Shown here: one piece after another, positions 12,781 through 25,508 of the stretch
How positions within the stretch are numbered: the first letter of the stretch is position 1
How the letters are laid out: each line of letters starts with the position of its first letter
Source: Lama guanicoe
Taxonomy: Eukaryota
Length of the DNA stretch: 64,000 nucleotides
Direction: 5' to 3'
NCBI GenBank assembly: GCA_013239625.1
Contig: MU054187.1
Location: 20,242,897 to 20,306,896 of the forward strand
The notes under the pieces: generated by a model
What the model was told of the DNA's origin: nothing
The model's database searches: none
The model's input: only the letters and a program-made list of their open reading frames with translations
Translations under genes and position numbers: made by a program

Positions 12781-14715
12781 CATACACATGATCAGGTTGT
12801 ACTGAGTACTTACCTATGTTAAGCTGTAAGAACTCAACCTCCTTTAGTTAGCAAGTGCCTATGATGATTTTGACTGGGTTCTCACACATAATCTGGGACT
12901 AGTATGGTATAGCCATGCTAACTCTGTCCCTGGTTTTCTCTTATCACTGCCCAAATTTGCCATGTTTTATTCACTTGATAGACAGGCAGATTCCTAGAGA
13001 GGAAGACTAGGTGTGGCACTGGCAAGCATTCTGCCACATTTGGCCAAAGGATGGCCACAAGCCCATCCCAAATATAAAAAGAGGGCAAGAGGATTTTGAG
13101 TCTTGATGGTAATTGCTCAAAAGTCAGACTGAAAAAACTATAGTTATACAGAGAGAAAGCATTGTGAGTTTGGTTACTCAATTTTTTTTCAACATGTTAA
13201 ATATTATGTCTTGCTATGTGAAAGGCTTCATAATTTGTTCTTTCTAGCTTTTTTCTTTGCAGAATATTTCATCCCCACATTAATTAGCATATTTGTAACT
13301 CACTTGTGGGTCTGATTTAAAAATTACCAATGTTTCATAATTTAAGAAAATTAATTTTCTATAATTGATTTTGTCTCTCCATTCATAATTGGCCGGTTAT
13401 TTTTTCCAATACTATAATTTTAAAAAGAATTGATGTTTAGAAAATTAGAGTAGGGAAATGTTGAGCAGAATATGAGATAATGATATTGAATTCACTGACT
13501 AAGAGATTTATGTACAATGGTAAAAATTTACAACTAAAATATTGTCTGTAGTATGCATACACACACTCCTCAGAAACACGGTTATATAGAAATACGTATT
13601 GGAAACATAAGAAAGTAGGAAGGTTGTTGGGAAATATGCAGTGATTAGCATTTATTAGTAAAAGCCTACGAAGAAAACTTAAAAGTTTATTAATACAATA
13701 GACAAGAAGGTTATTTATAGAATATGAAGTAATTACAAAGTGATATTTTAAACATACTTATAAATATACCAAAGATAAAATAAAAAACATAGAAGTGCTA
13801 ATGATAACATTTTGCTTTATAGTAGCTTAAGAATTAGATATTGACATGTAAAATACAATCATAGGATGGATGAACTTTATATTACAGTAAATATACACTA
13901 ACAAAGATGAAAAGAAAAACAGAATTTGTAGCAATGTGCATTAGCATAAGAAAAATATGATCTGTTTTTAAGCCACTAAATAATAATCAATTTTGTTTTC
14001 TTCCACGTTATCTTGTTTAACCTGATAGTAATAATTAGTTTTTATGTCATTTCCTCAATTTTACTTGTTGTAGCTTTGAGTTTCAGCAGTTTTCCAATAC
14101 ATGTATTGATTTTGAACTTTTGCCAATGCTTTTGGCTTTTGGTACTATGCAAAGAAGTACATGTTAACCTTTCAGATTATTGATCATTTGAAGAAAGCAA
14201 GAGAGAAACACATTTTTATTTAGGGTTAATGTAAGATTATCATAACATTTTCCCAACATTTGTTCACATTTTAAAGTCAGTATCCAAACTTCAGGCAAAA
14301 TCTTCAAAAAATGTAGATATGTTAGTTTCCCATAAGTGTATTTCCTCTTTTTCTCTGTTATTTATGTGTTTGTGAGATGTATTCATTTTTTAGCAAATTC
14401 TATAGTAAATGAACTCTGAGTTCTTCAGATATTCATACTGTAAATTCCATTAAATTCAATCAAACTAAAACTTTATAGAACACAAATATGTGCTAGGCAT
14501 TATGCTCGGAAGTGATGTCATTCCTACGTAAGCATACATATTCCTTGACTTTACAGACCTAAGTAATAATCCATTACCATTTATCTGTAAGTTTATACTT
14601 TTATGCTTAAAATGAGAAGGCAAATCTTTCACAGAAACATTGTCCCAAGAATGTAAATACAAGGTGATTTAAACAGGCATATGATAAGAAAATAAGAGAA
14701 AAATATTAAGAAATT

Positions 14716-15120
14716 CTGTCAATTAAAACTCTAGTTGCAGATAATAGAGGGCTGTTGCAAATTTGCTCCTGGAAAAAAGAAAAACTGGGTTGATGCATAG
14801 AAAACCAGAGCAGTAATAGTTGATTCTTACTGGGACCAAAAAGTACAAGGTAGAAAGGATCAATAATCTTGTCAGATAATCTACATCACATGATCTCTCA
14901 TAGCTACATTTGTCTGCTTCATTTTCTTTCTCTGTAGTGTGCCTTTTCCCCTCCTTACAGTTGGCTGTCTCAGAGCCCTAGTGTTGCAATCTAGGCTCAA
15001 TTCTCCTCTCGCCAGTTCCCCTCAAACATTGGCCTTTCCCTTGGGCCTGTCATCATTTGTTATCATTGTGAATGCATCGGATTGGGAGAAAGGAGGTGAA
15101 GTAGAGGCAGAGAGAACTTG
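14716..15120 (-). mobile_element. Old MLT1 (K/L-like) MaLR LTR remnant
   Basis: TGTCAATTAAAACTCTAGTTGCAGATAATAGA at the start and GAATGCATCGGATTGG internally. Confidence 0.4.
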
Positions 15121-15194
15121 GAACACAACCAGTCTGCCTGCATTAGTTATCTCCTATCTAGGGCTCCTCCTCTTGATATAATCAAGAACGTGTT

Positions 15195-15330
15195 CATTAA
15201 CATCATCTTTATTTTACAGAATAATAAACTGATGTTTACATCGATTAAGTGATTTTCAAAAAACTGTAGAATTTGGAAATGACAGAGCCAAGCTGCTCTG
15301 ACCCCACTGCTAACCACTGTGCTATTACTG
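15195..15330 (-). mobile_element. MIR SINE
   Basis: ATTTTACAGAATAATAAACTGATG...TTAAGTGATTTTC...TAACCACTGTGCTAT. Confidence 0.65.
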
Positions 15331-15388
15331 AGGGCCCTTCTAAAAAATACTTTTTATTATTATATATATATATAAATGTTTAAATATA

Positions 15389-15428
15389 TTTTTATTGAAG
15401 TATAGTCAGTTTACAATGTTGAGTCAAT
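15389..15428 (-). mobile_element. Ultra-short L1 3' terminus
   Basis: TTTTTATTGAAGTATAGTCAGTTTACAATGTTGAGTCAAT. ATTATTATATAT is repeated at 15356-15367 and 15435-15446 (possible TSD). Confidence 0.65.
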
Positions 15429-15595
15429 TTTTAAATTATTATATATTTGATCCATCTTAGATTACCCATTGTTAATAAAATTATGAATTTATCAGTGACT
15501 GGCTAAACAAAAGGAGTTTGTCATACAAGCATTTTCTCTATAAGAGTATTAAACTGGGGAGCTCAAAATTGAAACAACTTCCTTAAAGAACACTA

Positions 15596-16058
15596 CAGTA
15601 GTCCCCCCTTATCTACAAGGCGGAGGATATACATTCCAAGACCCTCAGTGGATGCCTGAAACCTTGGATAGTACCAAATTCCCTATACTCTATTTTTTTT
15701 CTATATGTGTACACCTGTGATAAAGTATGATTTATAAATTAGGCACAGTAAGAGATTAAAAACAATAATTTGAGGGCAGTACTTGAAGACAACCACTGCG
15801 ATATTGCAAAACTTGATCCAATAACCAAAATGGCTACTAAGTGTAGCATGGTTACACTGGACAAAAGGATAATTCATGTCCTAGGTAGGAAGGAGCTGGA
15901 TGGAACAAGATTTCATCACACTATTCAAAATGGCTAGCACTTTAAAACATCTGAATTGTTTATTTCTGGAATTTTTCATTTAATTTTTTCAGACCATGGT
16001 TGACCCCTTGTGACTGAAGTCATGAAAGGTGAACCCTTGGGAAAAGGCGGGGATACTG
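15596..16058 (-). mobile_element. MER44 (B-like) Tigger-family DNA transposon
   Basis: TIRs CAGTAGTCCCCCTTATC and AAGGCGGGGATACTG, with TA on both sides. Internal TTGTTTATTTCTGGAATTTTTCATTTAAT. Confidence 0.88.
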
Positions 16059-16611
16059 TATTTTTGCACACATTGTTCAGAACTCTTCTGTTGTCCTGAA
16101 ACCACTGGAAGCTGTGTCTAACAGATATGATCTCCTACAAAAGGAAAATCTGCATCTGGATTTTTACATTACTGATAGGCTTTGATACTGGGCATTATCT
16201 ATGATTTGTGTGATTCTGCCTCAACAATTCAACTCTTTGGATAAAACTATAACATATTTAGGTCGCTAGAGTTCCACCGAGTAGGAGGAAGAGAGACAGA
16301 GACCTGAGCATATTAATGAAGTGGAAGAAAACAAGAGGATGGGTAGATCTTGGGGGGAGAGGGATTAAGGATTAACATACCAATTGTCAAATTCTGGAGT
16401 GATTTCTGAGAAAAAGGACAGAGAAAAATTTAGCAAAGTTTAAACATGGTAAAGGTATTCTCTATACTAAAGTTAATTAACATGATTACTTGCCACCCAA
16501 CATATTCTACTTGGATAATCACATGACCTTACTTTCACCAGCTTTATAGAGTAACTACAGTTATTAATCCACTTTCAAAGATGAAAGAATTGAGTATATT
16601 TATATAACTTA

Positions 16612-16696
16612 AAAGGCCGTACTTCCTAATATCAACATCTTTAGGGGTTAGCATTTCAACATATGAATTTTGTGGAGGCACAGTCAGACTGTAGCG
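16612..16696 (-). mobile_element. MLT1A/MST-type LTR 5' fragment
   Basis: GGGGTTAGCATTTCAACATATGAATTTTGTGGAGGCACAGTCAGACTGTAGC is the antisense MLT1A start. Confidence 0.75.
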
Positions 16697-17149
16697 GAGT
16701 TTAAGAATAATTCATACAAGTTCTTTTGTCCATACATTTCCTGTAATTTTCTGTGACCTTGTTCAGGGTTCTGGATCTCTTGCCATATTTTCATTTTCTT
16801 AAGTAGTAAAGATTGAAATAAAAATTTTAGAAATCACCAAAGTCTTGTGAGTATTAGAAGAAAAAATATATAACTTTGTAACACATTGCCTGGCATATAC
16901 TACTTTTAATACACAATAGTATTAATATTATTATTGCATATCTTTTAAATAAAATATATGATATCTAACTTCTCATTCATGACTTTAAAAAAGTCTTTTC
17001 TGTGCTATCATGCCTGAATTAAAAAAAAACACTTTTATTCAGTATAATTTTATCCTATTATATTAGAGTTTTCTATACTATCCATCCCTTTCTCCTTTAT
17101 TTTTCTTAAGAAGATACTACCTTATCAGGAGACATTATGATGTCAGTAC

Positions 17150-17680
17150 AACCGCATTAACCTTGTTTTGATTGTTTCGTCTAGGGTAGCCATTAGTACT
17201 AACAGCTCGACAACTGAAATGACTTATATTTTAACGCCGTTATTTGTTTAAAAAATGCAAGACAAGTAAAAGAAATCTATTTGAAAAGCTGAAAGCAGAA
17301 TGTTAAAATATGACTTTCACATTGTGGCGAATTTAACGAGAGAGCATTTATTTATTGCGCCTGGAATTCTCTATATAATTGCATTGTATTTCCCGTCTGT
17401 GATTTGTGTATGAATAAAGTCTCGCCCTCACTACACAGTCCCTCCTCTCTTCTGTTAGACCTTAGGTCTGAGTTATAATGGTAGATTAAGTTTTCACTGC
17501 AGACATAAAGCTGCCTCCCCCTCTGAAAGCGTAGCTTTATGCGTCCACAGTTTCACCATGCAGCTCTCAGTATCTCTTTATGCTCCAATTTCCTTTTTTT
17601 TTCTCGAATTCTCCAGGTGCTTGAATGTGACTGTTTGTATGAGGTGTATTTGGTCAGTCAGGCATGTAATGCGATTATAT
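17150..17680. promoter_or_regulatory. Candidate conserved non-coding/enhancer element
   Basis: No repeat recognised. 14 CpGs counted by eye in about 530 AT-rich bp, against a strongly CpG-depleted background. Confidence 0.45.
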
Positions 17681-17954
17681 ATTACATAGTCAAGATTTTG
17701 CATAGAGGGCCTCCAGGCTTTATTTATAGTACTTCAAAAAACACACTCTTTGTCATAAAATGAGATCAGGATTAAACAACAAAATAGAAGAAATGGCATT
17801 GAAACTAGTTGAAAAAAATGAATTTTTGTATTCTGTTCTCTTTATAATTTATTGCTGATAATAGTGCCAGACCTTCAGCCTGATTACATGTGTTTTTTGT
17901 GCCATTGAGAAAAACATATAAAGATACTTCAGAAATTTTCATGATGAGTGTAAA

Positions 17955-18175
17955 AACAGCAAACATAGTTTTAAGTGCTTTATGTTATTCCATGAAATTC
18001 TTACAACAACCTGATAGGGTAAGTACTAGTATTATTGCCCCCAGCTTATCGATAAGAAAAGTGATGCTCAACAAGTTTAAGGAACTTGATGAAATATGCT
18101 TAACTAGCAACTGTCTATCTAGACATAAACTCAGGTAGCCACGCTCTAGAGCTCACACACCTAAGCAACAAAGTG
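17955..18175 (-). mobile_element. MIR SINE
   Basis: TCTTACAACAACCTGATAGGGTAAGTACT...TTTAAGGAACTTG...CTCTAGAGCTCACAC. Confidence 0.7.
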
Positions 18176-18214
18176 TGGAGCTACATTTCCAGTAGAAGTG
18201 ATGATGATGTCTAT

Positions 18215-18420
18215 GATATTTCAGAGCCTTCTGTGTAGCAGTCATTTATAACATATTATTTTACTTAATCTTTGCAATTATCCTAGAGTGGAGATGCCAT
18301 CTACCGATAAAATCCTCAGACGGGTTAATTAGTCACATGGCTACAAACAGGCAGAACTCCCATTTGAGTCTCAGTTTTTTCCACTCCAAAGAGAATAGCC
18401 CATTTATGCATTTTGTAATG
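18215..18420 (-). mobile_element. MIR SINE (degenerate)
   Basis: TTACTTAATCTTTGCAATTATCCT...GTCACATGGCTACAAACAGGCAGAAC...ACTCCAAAG. Confidence 0.55.
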
Positions 18421-18914
18421 AGTGGAAAAACCCTTGGGTATGTGAATGCTTGACAAGTAAAAGAGATCTCTTTGGAAAATGTGGTCTAAAGAAGGAAAGA
18501 AGGCAGAAATGTGAAAATCCACAAGAAAGTGTTTTCAGTTATGCCCAGCTGTCACAGTTCTGTTGATTTTTTTTTAATTCAGAAATGGCTTTTTTTGCAC
18601 ATTACACTTCAGTGTTCAGAAATACCTTTTCTTGTCTGCCAAGCATGGCTGGGTCAGGGAAAAGTTCTTGAGAATGGATTGATTTTATGTTAAGCCATCT
18701 CAGATAAATTGACAGCAAGTTTGAGAATGGATTTGCTTTGTTCCAGAGTTCCAGAAAGCTGGTTATTTTATCTTGGAGAGGGTGTATGGTGATTAAAGAG
18801 TAAAACTGGGAATAAGGAACAGAACTATATTTAATATAAACAACCACAGCGATGTGAAAAACAGGTCTGTATTACAGCCCTACTGTATCTCTGAGCAATC
18901 GTATGAATGAAAGG

Positions 18915-18985
18915 AGCACTTTAACTCTCTGACCTCAGTTTTCTCATCTATAATATGGGATAATAAAATGCTGATCTCTAAGAAA
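18915..18985 (+). mobile_element. MIR core fragment
   Basis: TTAACTCTCTGACCTCAGTTTTCTCATCTATAATATGGGATAATAA. Confidence 0.75.
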
Positions 18986-19479
18986 ATGGTCAGCCCTAAT
19001 AACCTAAAAAAAATCATAAAAGCAGATGAAACAAAGCATATTATTTTTATAAGATAATGTTGAAATTAGATATAAGCATCATGTTAATAAATATGTCAGC
19101 AAAATATCTTCAATTGATGCTTATACTTGCTGAGCACCAAAGGTGTAAAACGTTCAGGAATACCACAGAAAAGAAGACAAAGATCGAAGTCTTTAATCTG
19201 GGAGGATTCTCTTCTGGAAAATCAATTCTCTATCATCCAATCAGAAAACTTCAGCATGAAAAAACACATTAAATGTCACTGTCCAAGGTATGCTTTCAAT
19301 AATTATTATACCAATAGACACAATTTCTATAAAGAAATTTATATTGTAAAACATCATAAACAATGATCCAAAAATAAAAGAAAAACTTCAAGTGCTGCAA
19401 AGTCATCAGAACATGGTCTTAAGGGTAAAAAAAGGAAAATACTGAGCATAGATTGAAGAACAAACGGCAGAAATTCAAA

Positions 19480-20243
19480 AAATAACCTGTTGCACAATCA
19501 AAAGGAAAGCACTGTTTGTATGTGAAGATGTTATCTCCATCTCCTGCAGAAGTGGCTTGTTTTAGTGCTTAATAACTGGTTTAGTGATTTTAAGCATTGC
19601 TATGATTTCTAAAGTCTTCAGGTGTTGGACCAAGCCCCTAGTGCATATGAGGAATTTGAGGGGAAATATTCTTCCAGCCATGATATAGCATCTATTTGAA
19701 GTAGAATGTTACTCACTAGATGAACTCTTCAATTTTGATGAAAGAGGTATCTATTGGAAATACATCCCTCAAAGCAGCTACATCTCAGAAGAAGAAAAAG
19801 CAACTCAGGATTAAGAATGAGAGTGATTTGTAATTCTGGTGTTTGGTGCCAACATGGAAAGGAAGACAGAGAGCCATACCCGTTCACATCTGGCGTTACC
19901 TCCAGTCGTTCACATCACAGCTTTACATCCCATTTCAGATAATGCCCCTGCTGACACTTCGCAAGCTGCCTGAAGCTGACACTCATCCTAGAAGCAAGTG
20001 TCAAGTCTTTTTCAGGATAAACTGACATTTATTGTAGTCTTTATGCATCTCTTACCCATTTACCACATGTAAACGGGGCTACCATTTTTATGAGGTTTCT
20101 ATCTTTTTTAGAAATGTGTCACTGAGGACATTTTTGAGTGTTGTTCCTTCATATTTCCATAATCCCTGTGATTTTTATTGTGAAATTTTGCATAGTGAGT
20201 CAATTAAAAAAATACATATATCACACGTTGGCAGAACTGACTG
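19480..20243 (+). mobile_element. Tigger13a-like DNA transposon with decayed transposase segment (strand given is that of the transposase)
   Basis: 19704-19814 translates to ECYSLDELFNFDERGIYWKYIPQSSYISEEEKATQD*, similar to the Tigger FNxDETGLxWK motif. Right end ...GCAGAACTGACTG followed by TA. Left boundary uncertain. Confidence 0.8.
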
Positions 20244-20701
20244 TATATTCAATCAAGGGTAAAATGTCCTAGCTGCTCTTTTGTTTTCTTCTTCTACTTC
20301 CTTTCCTCCTTATGTATCTTCTTCCTCAATTATAAAATTATTATGCTTGTTTAAAATGTTTAAATGATCAATATTTGTGTAAAGTTAAAAAAGAAAGAAA
20401 ACTTAAAAAGAAAGAACTTCACCACAATAACCTCTTCACCCCTTAGCCAGGTCTTTGGACCATTATCACAAAACTAAAGTCATAAAAATCAAAGTACATG
20501 AATTGTTCAGGTTTAACCCCATTTTACATACAAACACAATCAGTTGTAATATCTCAAGCAGTTAATGAAATAAGGTAGCATATCCACTTACTACATTTCA
20601 CCAGTGGCCATATAAAAAATTAGTCTAGATCCGTGGGTAATTGATCCATCTATACCATAACCAGATAAATTGAGAGGATAAATTGTGACTATGATTTAAG
20701 C

Positions 20702-20860
20702 CAGTGTCTCTGAAAAGTGTGCTCCTAGAACAGTAATACCAACATCAGCTGAGGATTGGACTGACTGAAGATCTCTGGGAGTGCAGCCCAGCAATCCACG
20801 TTTTCACAGCTTTCTGTATGAATCTGATGCATGTTTATACTCATATGTGATAACCATGGA
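20702..20860 (+). mobile_element. MER5A hAT-Charlie element
   Basis: CAGTGTCTCTGAAAAGTGTG...CTCTGGGAGTGCAGCCCAGCAATC...TCTGATGCA...ATAACCATGG. Confidence 0.75.
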
Positions 20861-20872
20861 AGTAAACACTCT

Positions 20873-21080
20873 CAATGGTCGTAGAATAGAAACTCTGAGA
20901 CAAGGTTACCTGGATTCAAAATCTAGGTTGTGGTACATTCTGGTGACCATATAACCTGTTCGGTTTACTTTAAATGCCCTCTGTCTCTTTGCGCAACTGT
21001 TTGAGGATTACATGAAATAATCAGTACTGATAGATTACTTAGAACAGAGCCTAGAACACAGTTAGTACTCAATGAAGGTA
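20873..21080 (+). mobile_element. MIR SINE
   Basis: ACTCTGAGAC...CCTGGATTCAAAATC...TGAGGATTACATGAAATAAT...CTTAGAACAGAGCCTAG...TACTCAATGAA. Confidence 0.7.
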
Positions 21081-21268
21081 ATGTAATGTTAAATCTGATT
21101 CTAAACGTCTTTTCTTGTGAGCATTGAATAGACTATGTAAATAAATGCTCATTTTTAATGAGTGTGATCTTAATCATATTCATGGCATTTGAGTCATATG
21201 TGATCTTGAATAATAAAATAGAGTTCAGGGATTGAGAACGTGAAAGTAACATAAAAAATATTTTACCC

Positions 21269-21660
21269 TGTATCCCAAGTTGAGTTCTCCAGGAAGGAGA
21301 CTGAGGTGGACTCTGAGACTGATCAGCTCTCATGGAAGGGAGAGGCGGGAAGGAGCATCTGGCCATTGGAGGAGTTGTATTCTGATGCTGGCCTGATGAC
21401 AACCTCAGCCAACTACACGGGAAAGTTCAAGCTAAAAAAGTCTATTACAATTGTCCCTCCTTGCACTGAAATAGTCTGATATTCACATACCCTTTCTCTG
21501 TCTGTTATCTGATGTGGGCTACCCACTGCAGGGCATGACCTTGGGTGAAGACGTTCTCTGAAGCTGAAGCCATCCCTGAAATTGCTGCCCCCTGAAGCCT
21601 GTCTGCTAACAGCATCTCTTACAGCTGAGACAAACCTTAAAGGAAAATTTGAGCAAGGAG
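21269..21660 (-). mobile_element. LTR16-family ERVL LTR
   Basis: GTTGAGTTCTCCAGGAAG...CCTCAGCCAAC...GGGCATGACCTTGGGTGAAG...CTGAAGCTGAAGCCATCCCTGAA. Confidence 0.75.
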
Positions 21661-24600
21661 TTCTTTTTAGAAGGTAGATATAGAGACGGCATCTCCATGG
21701 CCACGGCAGCTCCCCTTTCTCACGGACTCATGCTTTGTCAGGTAGGAAGAGATTGCAAACAAGGGTGGGTCTCTGGTTACACATAAAAAAAAAAAAAGTA
21801 AAATTCATAATTTTCACAGAGGGAAAAGGAATGTAAAGTGAATAATAACAATCAAATATATTTTTCCGAATAAGCCGTAAGTGTGTCAAAACAAGCAAAA
21901 TTAATACAAGGCGAAGGGGCCCTTTCTGTAACGGCGGTGGGAGCTTAGATTTTTAAAAGATGTACAATATTGTGCTTTGCTATTGTCTGCAGTGGATTTG
22001 ATCTAGTGGAAGTTATCTATGTGGTGAATTGGTATTACAGTTGTACCCCCTAGCATAAGTAGAATCCTGCCCAATAAATCAAATTAAATATCACAATAAA
22101 GATTTATACTATCTCTTTCTATTTAAAAAATGAGCTATTTCTCAGGTGTGACACTTGGATTATATATAGAGGGAAATCAAGATAATAATGTGTCACTAGG
22201 TATTAAGCAGTATCAAATACAGCAAAAGATAAAATTTCTTCCAAAATATAGTTCTTTAATTAAAAAAAGTTTAAATGTCTATGACTTAGTAAGTTTAGGT
22301 TTATATAATAAAATTTAAAGTTAGGGAAAAATTATATTTGTGTGTTCTGGATACTTTGCTGCCAAATAGCTCATAGTCTATAGTCTTTATCAACATCTTG
22401 ACCCAGAGCCTAAAGGTCAGAGGGCTATATACTAAGTTTCTATTTTCAATTCCCAGAGAACAATCCTCCGACCATCATGGTCTGACCCAAGTGGGACCTA
22501 GCTGTGGATTTCTGAATAATTTCACTGTATGTTAAACTCGGTGCTTTTGATTAGATGTTGCTGTGAAAAGGTTATCTTATCAAACTAATAAATGAACTGC
22601 TGAACATGCTGACAGACTGTGGCTGGAAATGGCTTTTGCCCCATGGCTCAATTACAAGGCAGCCAATAGGAAGGCAGAAAGGAACGCTAAAGGTGACTAA
22701 TTGATTGCAGTGTCACAGCGAGCAAGTTAACACTCACTACCCTAAATGTAAGTTGACACTGTAAATGAGAATGGGGGAGAAACAGAACAGTTAAGATGAA
22801 AGCTATCAGACTATGGCAGGAACAACTGAGAAATGAGTAGGGGCTCAATTAAAGAGAATAAGGACGTGCTTCTAAAGGCATATGTTTTCACACCTTTGAT
22901 GGGATCACATTCCTTGTCTTGGCCCCTCTTGTCTCTGCGTTTTCTACCTTATAGAATTTCTAACCTCATAAGAAACAGATTTCCCCATGAAAATTCCTTG
23001 AAAAACGAATCCAGAAAGATTCAAGTTATATTGATGAATTTTTGTGGGTCTTAAAATATCTTTGGGCAAAATTAGAACTGACAGGATATGAGGAGATAGC
23101 TCTCCCCTTTCTAGTCCAAAAAGGAGGAAGGGGTCTGGAAGCAGCAGCCTGCTGTTGTGTTCTATGAAAGGTGTCCTCTTTCAGACATTTCCGATTTTTC
23201 TCCACTTAAAATGAACTCTACTTTCCAAACAGTAGCCAGACCAATGTGAATTGCCTACTGAGTAATCTGGTGTCAATGAAAGAAGACATTTGGAATGAAA
23301 ACCAAAAGGGAAAAAAAAAAAGGAGAAGGAGAAATGAGAAGAAAGGGGAAGGATACGGACAAAAGCAAGGTTAGAAGGCTGTGAAAAAGCAGAACAGAGA
23401 GGGGACATGTTAAAAGCCATTTATAACAGGAAGATTTTTTTACAACCTGAACAGAAGGATGAGGGAGCTGCCAAATTAACTGCCAAAGATGGTGACAATG
23501 ACAAAAAGAGGAAGAGAGAAAGATTTAAAGCCTCTTTGAAATGCAAAGACAAGGAATACAACCTGAGAACAGAAATTCAAGCTTGGGTTATGTGAATTGC
23601 ATGAACTCAGGTTGTTCATTCTTCCTTATGTCCATTTATCAGCTCAGCTTCTGACAATGAGAAGGAGCACAAAGGGAATAAACTGTCCACATTGTGATTC
23701 ATACAGACAGACCCCAGAACATGAGACACTGCAAACATTTATCAGGCACCAGCTTTGTTAGAAAATGAGAGTCAAACCACTTTTTAAATCCAGAACCAAG
23801 GAAAAATTAGGGAGATTCTTGGGGAAGGAAGACTAAGGAAGAAAGAAATCTGGTTTGGACGTACTTTACTTCATTGAGAGGTTCAGTGAAAAAATAGACT
23901 TACCTATCATTAATATTAGAGTTACTTTAAATCCTTTTGTGAATCCATAGCTGGTTGTTATGTTTTAAAACCAATGTAACTTAAAATAGCCATATTATTT
24001 CATATTAATCTAAACTTTGCAAAAAAAAATTGGGGAAAAATAAGATGCTGACTGTAAAGTGTTTCATACTTGGTGTTGAGGATTACCAGTCAGTTTAGGG
24101 GCATAGTCTGAACATCAGCATTTTATACTATTTTCCACTCAGTTCGTATATAATCATGACTGGTCAAAGGGGGTTTTTCAAGCAAACCTTTCATTCTGTT
24201 GCCATGTGGTTATTAGTTTAATAAGATGTGATTTTTAAAATAACATAGAATGACTAGAATTATTCTGAAGACTGAATAAATGCTTCTATCACATTATTAT
24301 ACTAATATGTCAGCACATTATAATTTGTAAATGAATATTTTCATATTATTTATATGTAATCTGCCCTAAACTATTGCAGAAAAAAAGCTGGAGTTTTAAA
24401 TTAAGCAAATAAATTAAGCATTGTATCTCAGAAACCGTTTATTTTAGAAAATAAGAATAATGAACTTCATGAAATTCATTTACAGAATGGTTTTGTGAGT
24501 AATCACTTTTCAAGATAAATTATATATCCATTGCATATTCAGTGCAGAAAGAAAAAAATTCACATGTAGACTCATTAGTGACTTTTTTCATAGTATAATC

Positions 24601-24924
24601 CATATATAAGATTTTTATTTACCAAAGAAAAAATTAATTAAATTTGCTATATGTAGTGACACACTTATAACTGTTATAACAAGGAAATAAAACAACAACT
24701 ACTAGACTATTTTAAGATTACTGTTTAGGTTCAATTCATAACATGGCTATTCAATCAAAGGAAGTGTATACAAAAGTGGAAAATTCAATGTACTTTCATT
24801 TGTTTCTTCTTATTATTATTAATAATTTGTCAGAGTGTCAGTGAATTATTGAAAAAAAAGAATTATCACAAAGTAAAAAAAAAGAAAGCATTCAAAATTT
24901 ATTTTCTTACAAATGCTCTAGTCA

Positions 24925-24962
24925 GTGTGTGTGTGTGTGTGTGTATATATACACATACATAC
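24925..24962. repeat. (GT)n/(TA)n/(TACA)n microsatellite
   Basis: Directly visible. Confidence 0.9.
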
Positions 24963-24974
24963 GTATGTGAAATA

Positions 24975-25508
24975 TTACAAAGCATATATCTGATAAGGAG
25001 TTAATACCTAAACTATATAAGGAGCTCAACAGCAAAAATACCAGTAATCCAATTAAAAACTTGGCAAAGACCTAAATAAATATTTTTCTGGAGAAGACAC
25101 ACAACTGACCAACAGGTGTGTGAAAAAGTATTGAACACCAATAATCAGGGAAATACAAATCAAAACCACAATGAGCTATCGCCTCATAACTGTAAGGATG
25201 GCTATTGATGAAAGACGAGAGAGAACATGTGTAGGTGAGGAGGAGAAAAGAGAACCCTTGTGCACTGTTGGTGGGAATGTAAACTGATAAAGCTGCTATG
25301 GAAAATAAGTATTGAAGTTCCTCAAAAAATTAAAAATAGAACTACTATATGATCCAGCAATCTCACATCTGGTATATATCCAAAGGAAACAAAAGTATCT
25401 CAAGAGATAACTGCACTTTTATGTTCATTTTAGCATTCATCTCACAACAGCCAAGATACGGAAACAACCTAACCGTCCAGCGTCCATTAATGGATGAACG
25501 GAGATAAA
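24975..25508 (+). mobile_element. L1 ORF2 C-terminal fragment (L1MA/MB-type), truncated at both ends
   Basis: ATCAGGGAAATACAAATCAAAACCACAATGAG...CACTGTTGGTGGGAATGTAAACT...ATATGATCCAGCAATC. Confidence 0.9.

Noticed and set aside
17505..17512. ATAAAGCT match to the 5' end of miR-9-3p
   Set aside because: Only 8 nt match; the rest of the hairpin does not resemble mir-9.
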